A stretch of DNA of 49,347 nucleotides, taken from positions 1 through 49,347 of the forward strand of contig MQRK01216527.1 in assembly GCA_001938485.1 (NCBI GenBank), given 5' to 3'. Of this stretch, positions 1 through 12,431 are shown one piece after another. The position numbers and the translations under genes were made by a program. This DNA comes from Girardia tigrina. Taxonomy: Eukaryota. The notes under the pieces are model-generated. The model was not told the DNA's origin and did not search any database. It was given only the letters and a program-made list of their open reading frames with translations. Numbering within the stretch: the first letter of the stretch is position 1; each line of letters opens with the position of its first letter.

Positions 1-1094
1 TAATTACTAATTTTAATTACGAAACAGATCAAAATCAACGGGTTTGCAAAACATTTACTTTCAATGTACTCTTCTTGAAGTGAGTATTGATCTATGTTTG
101 ATGGGTTATAAATTTACAGACTAATTTACAATATTAGTAATCTTCTTTATTGAGTTTCATCATTTTGTATGTGGAAATGTCCAGAGAGAAATTCCAGGGA
201 CAAAAACCATTATAATTAACAATCTTCAGGTGGGTCTTAAATATGTTAAGATCTCAGTGAAATAAATGTGTTTAAATGACTATGTAACTATCTATTTATA
301 ATTTCAATTCAAATTCAATGCAAAAAATTTAAGAGAAAGAAAGAAAGAAAAATAATTAAAATATTTTAAGATAATCTTAGTTTCAATTTCAAATAGTATT
401 ACTTACATATTTTAACAAATATTTAAATTACAAAGTAAGAAACTTAATTAAAATTTAAATTTACATTTTTCGTTTGTGCAGTGCCCCAAGCTTTTGTTTT
501 TAGTCCTAGCAATATATATATTTTTAATGAGGCTCTACCATAAAGGCAAGAAAATAAATCTTTTAAAAACAACAGCTTTTTTAATCTTTCTATTCTATGT
601 TTTTTGACTTTCACAAATTCATGCGGCACCCGCGTAAGCGTACCGCTCCACGATATAACGAGCCGGTTGAATCCTGTGCGCCATCGCCTCACACAAATCG
701 GCGACGTAAGGCGGATCCACATGACCATGTCAATGAAACCACTCGGTGTCGCCAGCGCGGTACGTGAAGATCGCCCATGGTTCCAAGTGGAACCCACCGC
801 CCCACGCTCGGCGGTGCAAAACGGAGGACCGGCCCCCACCAATCGCAATACCGATCGAAAGCGAATTTTCAGAACAAAAATTATTTCCTTCAGAATATTT
901 GTCGTAGGAGTGTACTCTCCTACTTGGAAGATTCAAATTAATGAATCAATTAATTATAAACATTTGTGTGTATAATAATTTCAGTTTTTATCATTATCTG
1001 ACATTTTGTTTTGAAATTTGATAAATCATAAAAAAGTTAAAACTTATTATTGAATAAATTCTAAATTTTTCTCTAAATATATATATATATATAT

Positions 1095-1768
1095 AGAGGA
1101 AAAATTGCAGTATTGTTTTACTGCATCAATTGTAATAATTTGTAATTGAAATAATAATAAAATTTTTAAAAGGTGAATTGAGTTTTGGTTTTTGCATTGA
1201 ATTCGAAATCTAAAATTTGAAAACAAAATTTAAAATGACTTACTACTACTGACTGTAGATACAATGACAGAGAGAAAACCACAAATGACTACTGTATAAT
1301 CCTGTATCAGTAGATTTTCGAAACATTTGTGTGCTGTATTTTGTTGTTTTTCTTTTAAAAAGAATATCCAAAAATAGAGAAATGCTATTTGATTTTTCAG
1401 CTTCACAAGAAAATTTCATATTTGGAAATAATACATTAAAAAAAATAATTACTGAAGCATCACTGAAGGATTTGTAATTAAGCATTTAAAATAAGGTTTA
1501 AATGTGCAAAGTGATTCATCTAATCAAATTGAAATATTTTATTTTTTTGTAATTTTAATAATTTGAAATTAGAGGAGAAAACAAAGTCTGAAAACTTTGT
1601 GATGTTGTGTAATTGTCTGTCGCTATATAAATGACTTGAGTTAGAAATTTTCAATTAGTCAACTGACGATGCCGAAACTGGCGAAGCATGTTTTGAGGAA
1701 TAAATAATTAGAGAAATGGTGCTTATTTATGTAACTTAATCGATTGCCATTGAACTGGTAAAATATGA
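1095..1768 (+). mobile_element. Truncated Penelope-like element with inverted RT fragment, ORF C-terminus and hammerhead-bearing pseudo-LTR, between (TA)n tracts
   Basis: Minus strand ~1270-1450 reads SCEAEKSNSISLFLDILFKRKTTKYSTQMFRKSTDTGLY (PLE RT thumb-like FLD...RK.TDTGLY). Plus strand ~1498 reads LNVQSDSSNQIEIF, resembling the PLE C-terminus at 34538 (INVQ..F). Hammerhead at 1659-1696. Confidence 0.65.
1659..1696 (+). ncRNA. Minimal type I hammerhead ribozyme motif (A15.1>G variant)
   Basis: tcaa-CTGACGA-T-gccg(aaac)tggc-GAAG-CATG-TT-ttga: stem I tcaa/ttga, 4-bp stem II, palindromic CATG in helix III. Confidence 0.7.
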
Positions 1769-2042
1769 TATATATATATATATATTGCGGCAAATATTGA
1801 TACATTCACATGCATTTGTTTACACAAGGAAGTTGGCACTCACTGTGCATTTTTTCCCTCTATCTGATTGATCAACAATCATTAGTTTATTACTTTTTAA
1901 ACACTTAAAACTAAAAATACGAGCTTTTAGGAAAAAGGTAGTAAATTTCTCAAAAACGCAGTTTTTCACTTGGATATACTTTCACTTTTACTGTTGTTTC
2001 TTAAAATCAAGTGATAGAAAAGCAGAAAAGAAAATCAATTTT

Positions 2043-3589
2043 TTAGTAATCTGGCGGCTCACCAAGACTATGAATCACTTGAAAAATTCTATTGGTAATG
2101 TTTTTAACAAAGTTTCGGAGCACATATAAATCAATTTCATCATTGGTCTTCGAAATCGCCTCTTTCAGATCTGAAACCATCGAATACTACCTTTAATTGG
2201 TATAAACATGTCGAGCCAAGATTTCCCAGAGATTCACCATCGGATTTTCATCAGGAAACCGAGTCGACCAATTTAAAGTTAAGATATTATTCGCAGAGAA
2301 CCATTCTCTTGTACTGCGACTGCCATGCATTAGAACGTTATACTGTTGGTAAATAAATGATATATTGTCGTGTTGCTGAATATATGACAGTAAATAAGTT
2401 TCGGGGACTTCTTAGCAGTTATGTGAGTTCATTTTTGAAGGAAAAGATTTTAAAAGAAGCTTTCCATTTGCATTACAGGCCACCAACATCATGAAATTAT
2501 TACCGCCGAAATTTCATCTTGAAATTAACAGTAGCTTTTTCCTTAAATCATGCCAATAATGCTTCGCCCCTATTAAGAACACCAATTTGATTTTTTATAT
2601 TTTTATTTAAACAACAATTTTGATTGTCCTCAAAACAATCTTTGTCAAAACTTTCGTACATTTGCATTCAAAGCGAAAATTGATTAATGGTTTAATTCTC
2701 ATTACTTTTTTAGAAAATGGGGAAATAAATATTTAAATAAAATATTCACTCAAAACTTATTGGATAATAATTAAGATGATAATTAATTATTTAAAAAAAT
2801 ATTAATTTGATTTATTTATTAAATATTATAAAACTTAATTAACTTATTTAAAATTTTAAAATTATATGAAATTAAAAATAAATTTAAACATTACNNNNNN
2901 NNNNNNNNNNNNNNNNNNNNNNNNNNNNNNNNNNNNNNNNNNNNATTTAAACATTACATATTTTTAGATAATAAGAATTAAAATATTAAACATCCATCTG
3001 GGTAGGAGAGACACATTTCCAAATCAACATACACATTCAAACACAAAACATCAAACATTCAAAATATTCTACGCAGCCCCGTCGGAACTATCAAAGTTCC
3101 ACTTTTTTCATTACTCCCAAGCACCTGAAAAGTAAAATTTGAATATCTGTAATACAATCGATAAAGAGTCCAATCTGTACTACTACCCAATGAGAAGCAA
3201 TATTCGCTTGAGCGAATTGCAGTCAATGAACTTTGTAAGTTTCCGTCAAAGCTGGTGCGGAATTCATTTTGCTTATTCTAATTAAGTCTCTGGATGCTAA
3301 CACTTGACTAATTATTCTTGGTGTAACGTTTAGTTGAAGGTTACTTTTGATCTGGCTGCTGGAATTTGTTGAATTTGACGCTTCCTTAATTATGGCACAC
3401 ATGTAAGCTGAGGAGGTCGATCACTTGATTTTTTTGTATTATAATCGACGAGATTGTAGAGATATCTTTGCACCAAGTCATGTGAGCGCCCCAAAATCCT
3501 GCGAAATTTTTCCGGTTACTTTTACCACAGTTCTTCTTTTCGTTAATCTGATGTTTATCATAATCTAATAATTTCGATCGTTTCTGCAT
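2043..3589 (-). pseudogene. Tc3-like transposase pseudogene with probable intron 3125-3180, split by a solo LTR
   Basis: MQKRSKLLDYDK...ANIASHWVV|intron|VLGSNEK.WNFDSSDG^AKHYWHDLRKK...NFGG...YQQYN..MH.SRSTREWF...PDENPMVNLWEILARHVY...DY*; many stops and frameshifts. Confidence 0.85.
2571..3075 (-). mobile_element. Solo LTR (TG...TA family) inserted in the Tc3-like transposase
   Basis: Perfect 5-bp TSD gcccc (2566-2570 and 3076-3080); minus strand begins tgcgtagaatattt and ends gttcttaata; removing it restores the DG-AKHYW reading. Confidence 0.8.
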
Positions 3590-4239
3590 TGATAGAAGGT
3601 TGTTGAGAAGAGCAAAGTCGAACATCAATATTCTGTTGAAATTGATAAGTATAGTATTTATACTGCTAACCAAGGTTTTTCAGTTTCTCCTTCACCACTG
3701 ATTAAAAATACACTAAAGATGCTTCGATCAATCAAATTACAGTACACTCATAGATCTGGTATGAACGGGCAGTCATCCCCTCCTCGCAAAGATAAATCTT
3801 AAGTCTGATTAAAATAAAGATAAAGATGTGGTTTCATTCTGTTTTTTTACAATTCCTACTAAAAGATGGCGACGTGGTTCACCATCACATGGATATTTCA
3901 AGCAATTATCGTTAATAATCCTCTATCTACCACGCTATTTGAAAAGTTTGATAACAATATTAATCTACAAAGAAAGTTCACGGGGCATTTCATTCCCTTT
4001 TATGATATGATATTGTTTAAACACACAGTTTTTAAAAGTGAGCGAATATTTATTTCCAGGTGTAAAACTGTGTTTTTGAGAAATTTCCTACTTTTTCCAA
4101 AAGGCTCGCATTACTAGTTAAAAATTGATAACGAAAGTAAAAAAGTCATGATTTTTGATCAATCAGAGGAAAAAAAATGCACAATGAGTGCCAACTTCAT
4201 TGGGTAAAGAAATGGATGTGAATATATCTTTATTTCCAG

Positions 4240-4242
<3 letters not shown>

Positions 4243-4284
<42 letters not shown>
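4243..4284. repeat. (TA)n microsatellite (others near 1077-1094, 1768-1785, 18683-18723, 19836-19871)
   Basis: Directly visible. Confidence 0.95.
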
Positions 4285-4287
<3 letters not shown>

Positions 4288-5905
4288 CAATTATATCCAT
4301 ATTTATGCTATTGAATGGTAAAAAAGAAATTATAATAAATATTTTAAAAAATATAAATGAATATCATAAACAAAAAATTATTTTTGAAATAAGCATATTA
4401 ATAATTCTAATATGTTTGAATGAATAATGATTGACATTTAATCCTTAAGGACTTGCCCAAAATATTTTTACATTAAAATAATGATAAATTTATGATGATA
4501 ATAATTATTTACAATTGTCGAATATAAGACAAGTTTAGAGATATTTTGAAAAAGCGATTTTTCCATATTAATAACGGGTTTCTCCGTTACTCTTTCTTTT
4601 AATTTCTTCTCGAATGGATTCTTAGAAATAATTTACATGCGCATATCTGTTTTAATTTTACATATTAACTTTATATATTATTGATGGACAAATGTTAAAT
4701 ACGAGTATTTTCTTCTTGTAAGTTTTTTGATGAATAAATACACAATGAGATTTAATTTTGTATATGTTAGAAGATTGAAACTCGGATGTGAAAATTTTTG
4801 AAAAGGTAGTTGTAGTGCCATACTTACTGACACTGCGTGATTATTTTATTTTGCATGTTCTTTGATTTTTGTGTTTGTTTTCGAGTGTTATTGGTAACTC
4901 GTTCGTGTTTGATTTGTGAGTTTTCTATTGTTGATTGTATCATCGAATGATTGCTTATTTCACGTGTGATTTTTGTTATTCTTTTATTTGTGATTCATAT
5001 TTGAATTACCTTATTTTCGATGAATCATCGATCAGAGATTATTTATGTAATCCAATTTAAAAAATCAAAACCAACTCAGGTGTTTTGGAGTCTTTTACTT
5101 TAATTATTAAGAATATTTTTTTATTTGGAGGTTTACCGTTTGTCTCTAATCGGATGGTAAAAATGAATTTGAAATATGAATTTGGATCGAGTGTCGATTT
5201 TATTTTCGGAATATCAACCAGTTTTATTAATATTTAAAAAAAAGAATCTCAAGTACAAGACGATCGATCTGATGCAAGACCTTTATCATTTCATTAAAAT
5301 AATGTGCCTGTAGGGAACTCCCATAACTTCCAATGCCAAGTTAGTGGGTTAAACAAAGTTGGATATAAAATATTATGGATCTAAAAAAAATCAATAAAAA
5401 AATTTGGAATTTTATGTTATAACTATATTATGATCCTGTTTATGATTATAATTAATGTTTGTGATTTTTATTTATTAAAAAATTTTTCAAAGTCATATTT
5501 AGTTTCTTTTTATTTTGATTAATTGTTTTTTTAGTTAATTTATTTTTCTTTAACTAAGTTTATCAAAAATAAACATTATCCGTTTTGATAAACTTAGTAA
5601 TAACGTAATAATTTTAGTCATAAAAGTAGCGAATATAATAAATTGTTTAATTAATTAATCCACTACTTGTACAATTCGCTACTTTTACAGTAGTCAGTAA
5701 ATAAGTGAATTAAAGTGAATATAAAATTAGAAGAGAAATAAAAAGATGAAATAATCGAAAATTTTTGAAGGAAAACTAAAATTAAATTAAAAGAATAAGG
5801 TAAATAAACACAACTTTAGTTCTGGCTTAATATCGAAAGTAGTGAAATAAGGTTTAATAAAATAATCATAATAATTTCATTAGTTGTTTACTTAATCAGA
5901 TGCGC

Positions 5906-6158
5906 TACGAGGAATATTTGGAATGTTGATATTTTGTTTGTTGTTTGAATGTTGTGGGTTGATTTGGGATTGTCTCTCCTACTCAATTAGACGATTATTA
6001 TTTTAATTCTTTTTATCTAAAACTAATTTATTCAAATTTAAAAATTTTTTTATTATTGTAAATTTTAAAGGATTTTAATAATTTTATTTTTACAATTTGT
6101 AAATTAATAAATTAAATTAAAATTTTAACCTATAATATTTGTAGTAAATATTTTAAAT
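5906..6158 (+). mobile_element. 5' part of an LTR of the same family, truncated at a Tc3-like insertion
   Basis: tacgaggaatatttggaatg...tgtctctcctactca matches the LTR starts at 3075(-), 11387(-) and 23912(+). Confidence 0.65.
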
Positions 6159-6159
6159 G

Positions 6160-7740
6160 AAGTGCGTTTCATAATTTTAGACACCTATTTTTTGTTACTT
6201 CTAAAGAAAGGAATGTTAATGAATTTTGGACCATGCTATAGTTGCATGTAGTAGGTAACGTTATCACAGAAAATCATTGCAGTTTTCATAAATTTCCATT
6301 TTCTAGAGAGATTTTAGAAAAATACTGAATTTTCAGTTTTTCATAATTATAGACGCACCCAGATTGAAAGGAATATAACAACAGATATATGGATTATTTC
6401 AGAAATAATAGAATGAAATGAATATTAATATGAAGTTAGACCACTATTCTTGTTTATGACTTAATATATTCGCTCTGGCATGCTGCTAATCAGAGCTTTC
6501 AACGTTTCTATATCAATTTCGGCCAAAGCTCTGTCGATGGTCGACTTTAATTCTAGAATATTATTGAATTTCCGATTATTTGAATAAATCTGACGAACGA
6601 GAATTCCCAAGAGGTTCTCCGTGGGATTGCAGTCGGGTGAACACACTGGTCAGTCAAGGACCTGAATATTACGCCTTCTAAACTACTCCATAGTGCTAGA
6701 ACTCACGTGGATTCGGGCGTTATCCTGCTGAAATGTAAATTTTATCCGACGTAGCTTTCATGTAAATGGCAAAAGGTGCTCTTGTATTACTTTTTGGTAC
6801 TCTTCACTATTCATTCGAAATGAGTGGAATGCTAATGAAAGGACGCCATGAGTAGAAAAAGCACCCAACACCATAACGCTGCAACTTCCGAAATTCCTCT
6901 TTGAAAATGTCAACGGCTCTTTTCGCAGGTCTCGCCAGTATGTGTCACAACCATCAAGCCCGTCTAAATTGAACTTTTTCTCGTCACTGAAAATCACCTG
7001 AAACAAAAGGTGTCCTTCAAGCATGATTCGAAATGTAAAAACTCTCATTTACTCACATTTTGCCAATCTGTATTCATGTTAGCACGAGCAAATGATAATC
7101 TTTTAATCTTATCGTGATCTTGTAGCTTTGGTGCAGGTTTCATTTCGCTCTGACAATAATGGGACTGCGATGGAGGATACTCCAGATTGTTGTTTTCGAC
7201 ACAGTAATATTGCTATCACGCTTGATCTCATTGCAGCTCATGTGAGAATTTGAGGCAGCGGAAATAATTCGTCTCTCATTTCGAACAGAGAGCTTTCTCT
7301 TCCTTCCGGTATATTTCTTCATGCCATAGCTTGTTGGACTTTTAAGCTAATTACTAACTACGAACCTTGTCAACATCTTCGCTATGATCCTCCTTGATTT
7401 TCCTTCACCTTACAAAACAGCGACTTGCCCTTTTTCATATTCAGAATGCTTCGCACCTTTTGCATGTTTTCTACAAAGCAACAACAACATTAACGGATAA
7501 TTTAATCAATAAGAACTGCATTCACGTGGTTGCTATTTATATTATAGATATGACCTAAATGCATATCTGATTTGATAAGTTTCTGTAAACATTAATTTTG
7601 TTCGTATATTTCTGAAATAAATCCATATATCTGTTGTTATATTCCATTCAATCTGGGTGCGTCTATAATTATGAAACGCTGAAAATTCATTATTTTGCTA
7701 AAATCTCTCTAGAAAATGGAAATATATGAAAACTACAAGA
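6160..7740 (-). mobile_element. Tc3-like transposon with long IR/DR-type TIRs; right TIR truncated
   Basis: ~6280-6410 is a near-perfect inverted repeat of ~7605-7740; the tttcataatt.tagac motif recurs at ~6168 and ~6339. Confidence 0.9.
6425..7465 (-). pseudogene. Tc3-like DD34E transposase pseudogene with 59-nt intron (6998-7056)
   Basis: RKRKLSVRNERRIISAASNS...KPAPKL...ANMNTDWQN|GTGAGT...TTTCAG|VIFSDEKKFNLDGLDGCDTYWRDLRKEP...RNFG...FQQDNARIH...SPDCNPTEN; stops and frameshifts present. Confidence 0.92.
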
Positions 7741-8580
7741 AAACTGTACGAGAAAAAAATTCTTCGTTCTCCATCATTGCGATCTGTCTTCCTCTTTCGA
7801 ATCCTCTTTTGTAGTCATCTGAGTTCTGGTTTCCTGAGCTTTTCGTTTGTGCATCTGAGAATTCTCGGCTATCTCTTTTGGTTCTCCTTTGATAATTCAT
7901 TCTTCCTTGATATTGTTTATTCAAATTCTGTGTAAGGTTCTTCAGCTCTATGTCCTGGATTGTTACATCTTCCACATTTTAACTTCCTGCATTCCCGTCG
8001 GACATGACCTTCTTCGTCACATGCATGACATGTGATTTTCCTTTCTCGTTTACATTTACTCCGTCTATGTCATGTTTCTTTACAATTCCAGCATGATATA
8101 TTGTTTTGCCTTGGATGTCGTCTAACAAAAGTGTCTCCTTCCGTCGTCATGCCTCCTGTCGCTGATCCTCCTTTTACCACGTCCTTGTATGACGCTCTCA
8201 TAACGTGTACTGGCCTTTCCATTTCCCGGACATCATCCACTTTGTTGGTGACATTTTTTACTTCTTATATTTTATTTACCTCTCTGAACTTGATCTCTCT
8301 CTTCACATCACAGTACTTCGACCCACGAATTAGAAGATTCTATTCAATTCCTTATTCTGACCAATTATGTTTTACTAATTTTGCAGCAAGTTTCTTTGCT
8401 TTTGCAAAGTATTCTTCGTGGATTCATTCGTTTATTCGAAATTTACAGCCTCGATCAGATCCTACATCAAAGAGCTTTTCTTTTGAAAATCTTCTCGTAA
8501 CCGAGCTTCATATCCTTTTGTCTCGACCGATACATTCTCATAGACAGGTACTTTTCATAGACAAAGACTTTCCGTGGACA
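7741..8580 (-). pseudogene. Ty3/gypsy-like gag remnant with multiple CCHC zinc knuckles
   Basis: CWNCKET.HRRSKC, CHACDEEGHVRREC, CGRCNNPGH; the upstream part (EEYFAKAKKLAAKLVKH...DVKREIK) resembles the gag at 35251-36731. Confidence 0.8.
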
Positions 8581-9696
8581 ATTAACTTCAATAAAGCATT
8601 ATGATTTTTATTTTAGAACTTGATTTTTAAATATTCAATAAATTATTTTTTTAATAAAACTTTTCCATTGACAATAAAATTCAATAAACATTATGATTTT
8701 TATTTTAAATAGTGTTACAAGATATATCAAAAAATTCTTTACAATATTCTTTAACTCCGAAGCTGTTATTTTAATTGTTATTTTTTTAAAACCTAATTTT
8801 TATAAAAAGTTGTTCCAATTTAATTAGTAAAATAGATTAATTACACTATAATTTTTTATAAAAACAATTTTCATTTTAATTAGTAAAATACTACTTAATT
8901 ATCTGTGAACTATAATTTTTATAAAAAGTTATTTAAAATATTACCTATAAACCAGATTTTTTATGAAGCCTTATTTCATTTTAATTAGTAAAAATATCAA
9001 TAAACTAAAATTTTTTTTATAAAAAGTTATTTCATTTTAATTAGTAGAACATTATTTTTAATTTATCTCAAATATAAATATGATTTCTATTTTAAAAATA
9101 TCAAAAATTTACAGTTCACCAAAAAGAACTCCAACATGGAGTATTAACGATCAACGACAAAATGTATGGAGGAAATGTAGTCTCCATTATTACCTTAATT
9201 TATTTTCTTCCTTGTGAACTGAGCAAATATTAAATGATTTTGACTCCAACAGGTGATAATAATTGTAAACCTCCAGAGATGATAATACAGCAGTAGATGG
9301 AGTAATATATTGATACAACATATCGATAAAGAGTAGTCTAAGATGTGAGATATAAAATCGATAGAATACAATTTTATTTGCAGTAATTATATTAATATTT
9401 TTTAAATTTGTAGTGTATGTCCTAAGCACGATAATAGCACATCATTCATTTGTATTAGGTGGAAAATTAAGGAGAGGTTCGTTGTAAATATGACGTACAA
9501 GAACTCATACTCCGTAGATCCTGTTGCCTCTGACCGGGGACTACTTGTGTCAGATTGAACCCGAAGGTAACTTAAAGTCTGGGACTACTCGTAGATGTCA
9601 GATAGAGAGTTACGTCGAGTATCGCGCTTATTAGAATGATTGAGGGTGGTTATATATAAGCTGGGTGCTCAGATTCTTATAGAAGGGTCTTGTATG

Positions 9697-10665
9697 ATTG
9701 AACGAAGTTTTAATACATTGAGACGTGTTAAAACATGGCTAAGAGCTACAATATCAGAATCACGATTGTGTGGTTTATGTATGATGAGCTTGCACCGAAA
9801 GAAAATTCAGGACGAAACAAACAAAACAAAGTTTATTGAAAATATAATAAAGAAATTTGGCAGTGATAAAAGATGAATGCAATTTTTACTTGCTGAATAA
9901 TAAATTGTAATAATACATTGTAATACATAATAAAGATATTGTATATTCATTATTTAAAATTTATTACTTATAAAATTGATTTTGTATAATTCTATTTTTA
10001 TACGAGGGGCGTTCCGAAAGTAAGTGGAAATACTTATATGCGGGTGTGCGCGTGTGTGTGCATCTTACAGAGGGACAGATGGCGTGGTGGCCTGATGTAC
10101 TTACCAACCAATAGAAATCGAGCAAAAGTGGCATTGGTCCATGAAACATGTGAACAGCATAGAGAAAACTGTCATAGGCAGTGTTTTCCTTTTTGTTTAA
10201 CACATGGAAGACGTAGTACGTTCTCAGCGTGCCATCATCTTTTTCCTTTGGAAAGAGGATACTCCAGTGTCTGACATTGTGCACCGCTTATCAAATGTGT
10301 TTCAAGGAAGAGCCCTACAAACGTCTGCCGTCTACAATTGGGTGCAACAATTCGAAAATGGACATGAATCCTTGGACAACAACAACAGGACGTCCAGCAA
10401 CGACGAGCATGGTAGAAAATGTGGAAAAAGTGTCGGAGAAAAGTATCTTGAAAAGTGTGACAGTGATGATGATGATGAATGACATTGTATTCCTTCAATA
10501 AATGCTTTCTTGTGGTGTCGTCTCCCTTTTTTCCACTTACTTTCGGAACGCCCCTCGTATTTCTATGCTTGTTCTATATCATTAAAAAACATTCTAAAAA
10601 ATATTTGTTAATTTACTGTTTTTATTTTTGCCCCCCCCCTGGATTTTTTTCTGTGGACGCCCATG
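9697..10665 (+). mobile_element. 3' end of a hAT transposon (C-terminal dimerisation domain and probable right TIR), interrupted by a mariner
   Basis: ERSFNTLRRVKTWLRATISESRLCGLCMMSLHR (hATC motif); terminal ...gcccccccctgg...tggacgcccatg. Confidence 0.8.
10003..10557 (+). mobile_element. Internally deleted mariner (MITE-like, 555 bp)
   Basis: Perfect 28-bp TIRs CGAGGGGCGTTCCGAAAGTAAGTGGAAA with TA on both sides; ORF 10204-10482 keeps the mariner N-terminal HTH (QRAIIFFLW...VYNWVQQFENGHESLD) but no catalytic domain. Confidence 0.92.
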
Positions 10666-10885
10666 GTTTTATCTAAAGATGAACTCAACTTATTAAAATA
10701 TGGCTCTAATCACTATTAAAAATAGATTTGATAAAAATAAGTTTTAGGCGAAAATTGAGGAAATGTTTGGTTTTTATGTTACAAATCATATTTATTTGAA
10801 TAATATTAATTTTAATTTTAATAATTTTAAACACGCTTTAAATAAAAGTGCTAACTAATATTTAAACAAAAATTTGAAACAAAGC

Positions 10886-11387
10886 TATTAAGAACATTTA
10901 AACAAGTCCCGTTTGAATTTTATTACAATCACATTTAAAGTCATTATGACTCTCAGAAAGTCATTCATCGTTTGTCATCCTTCTAATTGGTTTTCTTATT
11001 TCTCTTTTTAATCATGATTATTCGAACAATTTTTCTAAGTTATTTTTTAAAATATTTAACCTCAAAAAATATTAATTAAAAAATAATAATTTTTACAATT
11101 TCTCAATAAATCCCCAAATAATAAAAATGTCATCAAACTATTAAAAAATGCATTTAATTTAAATTTTACAAAAAATTATTTAACTTAATTTTAATTTTTG
11201 AAATTAAAATATGAACTTATCAAATGATTTTTTTAATTATGTTCGAATAGTCAATGACTTTAAATTTAAATAAAAAATACCAATTTCCATCTGGGTGGGA
11301 GAATCAGCATTCTAAATTCAACATACTTAAATCAACATACAGCATCCATATATTTACACAATCAAACATTTTAAAATATTCCTCACA
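10886..11387 (-). mobile_element. Solo LTR (502 bp, TG...TA family)
   Basis: Perfect TSD aaagc (10881-10885 and 11388-11392); minus strand reads tgtgaggaatattt...gttcttaata. Confidence 0.85.
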
Positions 11388-11392
11388 AAAGC

Positions 11393-12431
11393 AATAAAGA
11401 TTTCTGTATTTTAAAACATTTATCAAAAAAAGATATCAGAGTTAGTAAATTTGATGAAGGTAATGGATTTGTTATTTTGGATAATTTGGAATACATAAAT
11501 AAAATAAATAATGTTTTAAATTGCCCACAATTCCTTAAAATTGAGAAATTAAGAAAAATGGAAAATTACCTCCAATGAAAGATGAAGAATACCTGTTCTC
11601 TTTGTTATAAACCTTTTAAATGATGGACACATTAAGAAGGATGTTTTTGACTTACTTCATGTGTCTGGTTCTCAACCAGCAAAATCATACGGTCTTCCTA
11701 AAGTACATAAAGATGGAATTCCAATGCGTCCGGTTCTATCTATGATCCGTACACCTCAGTACAATATTGCTAAATATCTAGATAAGAAGATAAAATCTTT
11801 CATTCCTAATGATTTTATTTGTAAGGACAGTTTTAAGTTTGTGAATTCCATTGCTAATTTTGAAATACGAACTGAAAATGATTTTATGGTTTCCTTTGAT
11901 GTATCGAGTCTATTTACTAATGTTCCGTTACAGGAAACCATCGAATTATGTTGTGAACTTTAGCGTAAGAATAATATGGACAATTCTGATTTAGATGAAG
12001 TTGCTTTTTGAAAACTCTTAAAATTTGCTACTTCAAATGCCCATTTTCTATTTAATGGTGAATTGTACAAACAAATAGATGGGATTGCAATGGGTTCACC
12101 ATTGGCTCCAACGTTAGCCTCTACATTTCTTTCTTCCATTGAAGAAAAAATAGAATTGTTTTTGAGGAAAAAACCACTACTTTATAAGAGATATGTGGAT
12201 GATATCTTTCTAGTCTTTGAATCTCGAGAACTTGCTTTTCTAGATTACATGAATTAGATTCATCCAAATATAATCTTTACAGTTGAACAGGAAATAAACG
12301 GAAAATTATCATTCCTTGATTTGTTAATTGAAAGGAAAAATGATCATTATGAAACTGAATATATATCAAAAGAAAACTGATACTGGTTTGTACACCTCCA
12401 TAAACAGATTTTGTGAGTTTAAATATAAGTT
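11393..12431 (+). pseudogene. Penelope-like element reverse transcriptase, degraded
   Basis: KFDEGNGFVILD, YGLPKVHKDGIPMRPVLS, SFDVSSLFTNVP, YKQIDGIAMGSPLAPTLA, RYVDD (YVDD at 12192-12203), FLD...KETDTGLY. Confidence 0.93.

Larger units (their letters stand above)
1783..4244 (-). mobile_element. Decayed Tc3-like (Tc1/mariner) transposon with ~210-bp TIRs, in a (TA)n tract
   Basis: 1783-~1995 is the diverged reverse complement of ~4030-4244 (shared gaagttggcactca.tgtgcattttt and aaatttctcaaaaac.cagtttt); transposase remnants lie between. Confidence 0.85.

Noticed and set aside
4188-4427. ORF with IYIYIY repeat
   Set aside because: Translation of the (TA)n microsatellite and TIR
8780-9060. 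Loose repeats of ttttataaaaagttatttcattttaattagta
   Set aside because: Degenerate AT-rich minisatellite; no constant repeat-spacer structure, not a CRISPR array
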